Positions 61,245 to 64,000 of a DNA stretch of 64,000 bases are shown here, one piece after another. A program made the position numbers and the translations under genes. The notes beneath the pieces were generated by a model, which had not been told where the DNA came from, did not search any database, and saw only the letters and a program-made list of their open reading frames with translations. Each line of letters begins with the position of its first letter. Positions within the stretch are counted from its first letter, which is position 1. Origin of the DNA: Dicyema japonicum (lineage: Eukaryota; Animalia; Dicyemida); assembly GCA_011109175.1 (NCBI GenBank), contig RDEW01000029.1:344158-408157 (forward strand). Reading direction: 5' to 3'.

Positions 61245-63698
61245 ATGTCTAATATTCCACGATTTTACAGAAGGGAAAATTCCCTGAATACACAAGAAAT
61301 CAGAAAAACCAAAGATGCCGACGAAAAAAACTTAAGTTCTCCAAAAATAGAGAATACGAGGACCAAACGTGTAAAAGAAAATTCGGATCTCAGCAAGAAT
61401 GTTAACTTGTAGTATCCCTTAGGGCCAGAAATTAGTGAAGAAAGTGTTAAACGCTCAAACACGTGAGATTTCAAGCTTTGATGAGTTTATGTATGATTTT
61501 GAAAGATTTAAGGTCTGCTACTCAAGACAAACAGTCAACCGAGTAACAAGAGTTATTAAGTATTAGGGTAAATAAGATAAATCATTCACTCCTAAAGGGA
61601 AAAGTCTTCAGAAGTCCTTTATTTTAGATTGAGAAACAGCTGGAAGAGACAAAAACTACAAATTTCAAATTGTCGAGGGAATTGGAAGAGACTGTATCTA
61701 GTTAATGTAAAATAGAAAAAAATCTCAAAGTCTTTGGCAGAAATGTTGTCATCTTTGACAGATAAGCTGGACACTGCTACCAGGGAGATCACTAAAAAGG
61801 TTATAAGTCAATTTATATAGGATCGGCATATGAAGGAGATATCTGTCTTTCTAAACCTTTCTGATATGAAAGGAACCCAAAAATGTGATAGAATTTATGT
61901 AAGCTCAGTTCGCGGAGTTCAATCAATGAACAACATCTCCAGTCAATTTGATATCCATGAAAATAAATCTGAAGGCGAATCACGAAAACAAAAAAAGAAT
62001 TCAGTACCAAAAATAATAATTTTAGATAAGAAATTCATTCAAACGGATGTTTAAAGCAAGATCTTCCAAAGAAAGCCTAGCCTCAATGAAAATAATTCAA
62101 GAAGCGCCTTTGACGTGATCATTGGATGTTATAGACTAGATCTAACAACTCTGTGGGAGACATCAGTGATCTCTGTAAGCTATTGAGGGAAAAGGAACTT
62201 ACTGTGGCTGACTTACAGCTTGAGATTGTCGCACAGAGAAATATAATAAAAGAACTGGAAAGCAAGCTCGAAGATATCCAAAAAAGCCATCAGTCAACTG
62301 TCATATCTAAACGGAGACTGAGTGGAGTGGGGATCTTTACAGATGACTACAAACTAAGTTTAATGTTGATTAATTAGTAAATTTGCGAGCAAGTCAAGGG
62401 AATGAGTGGGAAGAAATAATGATATCATTCTATCTCCTCCAAAAAACCAAAGGAAAGAAGGTAGTCATTCAATATAACACCAAGAGTTTTATGGGGAATT
62501 TACTAATAAACAAAAGTATAAGTTGGGTTAGTCTCTTCCAAAATGCCAGGAAAATATTCAAAGTATTACACAAGATATTTTAGAATTTTATTAATTTGAT
62601 TGACTCAAGATCAAATATAGGGATTGGACCTGAAAGTATCCACGCCTTGGTCGTTGGAGAAAAGTCATGGCTTGTCGGTCTACACAATTTCTTTATTAAA
62701 GATAAGAACGTCCCGGTCTCCTCCCCTTGTTCTCATTTCTCCGGCTTCCACGACAGTATCTCCATTCTGTTGAAGGGATCAAAACAAAAGGCAACGGACG
62801 AGATTGCCTTTGACTTGCTAATTTCAAACAAACTGATCACACGTTATATGGAAGAGATCACTAAAAGTAGGAGACTGATACTCTACGGTCCACAGCTTAG
62901 TGGGAAATTCCACCTGGCGACCTCATTGGCTGAGCATATAAGAGATATCACATCGTCTGTCAATTAAAGTGATTTTTAGTTCCAAAACAACCGTGGTCGA
63001 AATCAAAAAAATATTCACGTCTGAGACAACTGTTTTGTCTACCCTTATGATGAATTTTGTTGAGAAAAATGACTGCAAGAATATTATATTTGTAGTAAAG
63101 AATATAGAAACTTGTAAATATAATTATCTGGATGTTCAATTTAGAAAGTTCTTTGCTAAAATCAGAAATTTACAGTATTAAAGTCGATTACTTTTAGAAT
63201 TTACATAATTGGAACCTGCAGGATAAACTCGAAAATTGTTAAAGATTTGGAGATGGAGTACAAATTCAAAGTATTTCGTCTTCCACTTCACATGGAACCT
63301 TTGGAGAACATAATATCTAGGTTAATTGTGAGGGAAAGCATTAACACAAACAATTCTATGATCAATTTGGAGACTGACGTTGAGATTGGCAACTTTTTTA
63401 CATCTACTTTGGTATTTATAAACGACCTCCTGGAGTCTAACGATAAGGGGGACAAAGTCTTAGGTTTAATTGTACTTTACTCTTAGGTCCCTTTATATTT
63501 GCAAACTGTCCTTTGTCAGGGAGTAAATCTGACTGGTTTGTCCGGACGTGGAATGAAAAAGTGATCCCCATTTTGAGGAATTCTTTGGACTCTACTCCCA
63601 AGGTCGAACCCTTTGATTGGGTGATGGAAAAAATTCCATGGAAGATAAGTCGAATTTCATTAAATAGACTGGGGATAATATATAAACGAGGAAATTAA
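61245..63698 (+). CDS. NAV: Neuron navigator (NAV/unc-53/Sickie) homologue, shortened
   Basis: CC1 SKSLAEMLSSLTDKL; KKNS/IRNSFKRMF; CC2 LREKELTVADLQLE; AAA region DEIAFDLLISNKLITRY..RRLILYGPQLSGKFHLA; YIIGT; GPFIFANCP..WFVRTWNEKVIP..DWVMEKIPW. Start is tentative. Confidence 0.9.
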
Positions 63699-63747
63699 TA
63701 TTTAATATTTGTTTATTTATAAATTAAATTTTAATTATAATAAATAA

Positions 63748-63977
63748 ATGAGTGGTTGTGTGGATGATAATCTATCTGATTGTAGTAAAATATCTAATAA
63801 ATAGTACTATTTGAACTTTCTGAATTACTAAATACGGGACTTAATAGGGACACGTTGAATGTATGTATACAGTTGCTTGACTCGGGTGTTAATCCTGAAA
63901 CTCTTGCTGAGGTCGTCCAGGAATTACGGAAAGAACCCGATAAAGAAGTAAACTTTTTTATTTAAAATTAGAAATAA
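63748..63977 (+). CDS. MZT1: MOZART1, gamma-tubulin complex microprotein
   Basis: After a 23-nt intron (63782-63804): LLFELSELLNTGLNRDTLNVCIQLLDSGVNPETLAEVVQELRK; a probable second intron at 63948-63971. Confidence 0.95.
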
Positions 63978-64000
63978 AATTTGTTTAATATTTTTTAGTT

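Noticed and set aside
61701-61715. 15-nt intron in NAV
   Set aside because: Phase requires the upstream donor, giving a 22-nt intron.

Overview
AT-rich eukaryotic nuclear DNA from an animal (the NAV/unc-53 and PTB-SH2 adaptor genes are metazoan-type). Every intron I could resolve is about 18-38 nt, and CRE, Vingi/Ingi, RTE, R4/Dong, Buster-hAT, pogo, Tc1 and MULE elements are abundant. That fits a reduced parasitic animal such as a myxozoan (inference; a dicyemid-like genome cannot be excluded). More than half the window is decayed, nested transposon debris. I reconstructed eight host genes by hand-splicing micro-introns: coilin (12645-14015), a PTB+SH2 adaptor (33508-35012, minus), COQ8/ADCK (38161-39770), a secreted Cys-rich PCSK9-CHRD/resistin-like repeat protein (46909-48619), eIF3c (52659-55302, minus), DPCD (57221-57932), neuron navigator (61245-63698) and MZT1 (63748-63977). 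There is also a duplicated 4-TM pseudogene and a 28S rDNA relic interrupted by a Tc1 element. The most unusual signals are: a stand-alone 7-module CHRD/resistin-like secreted protein; strong enrichment of CACGTG inside host genes but not inside transposons; 2A (StopGo) motifs in Vingi-like LINEs; and a DNA transposon inside rDNA. There are no CRISPR or prokaryotic features. All homology calls come from remembered family motifs, not database searches. Boundaries of decayed elements are approximate and motif counts were made by eye.
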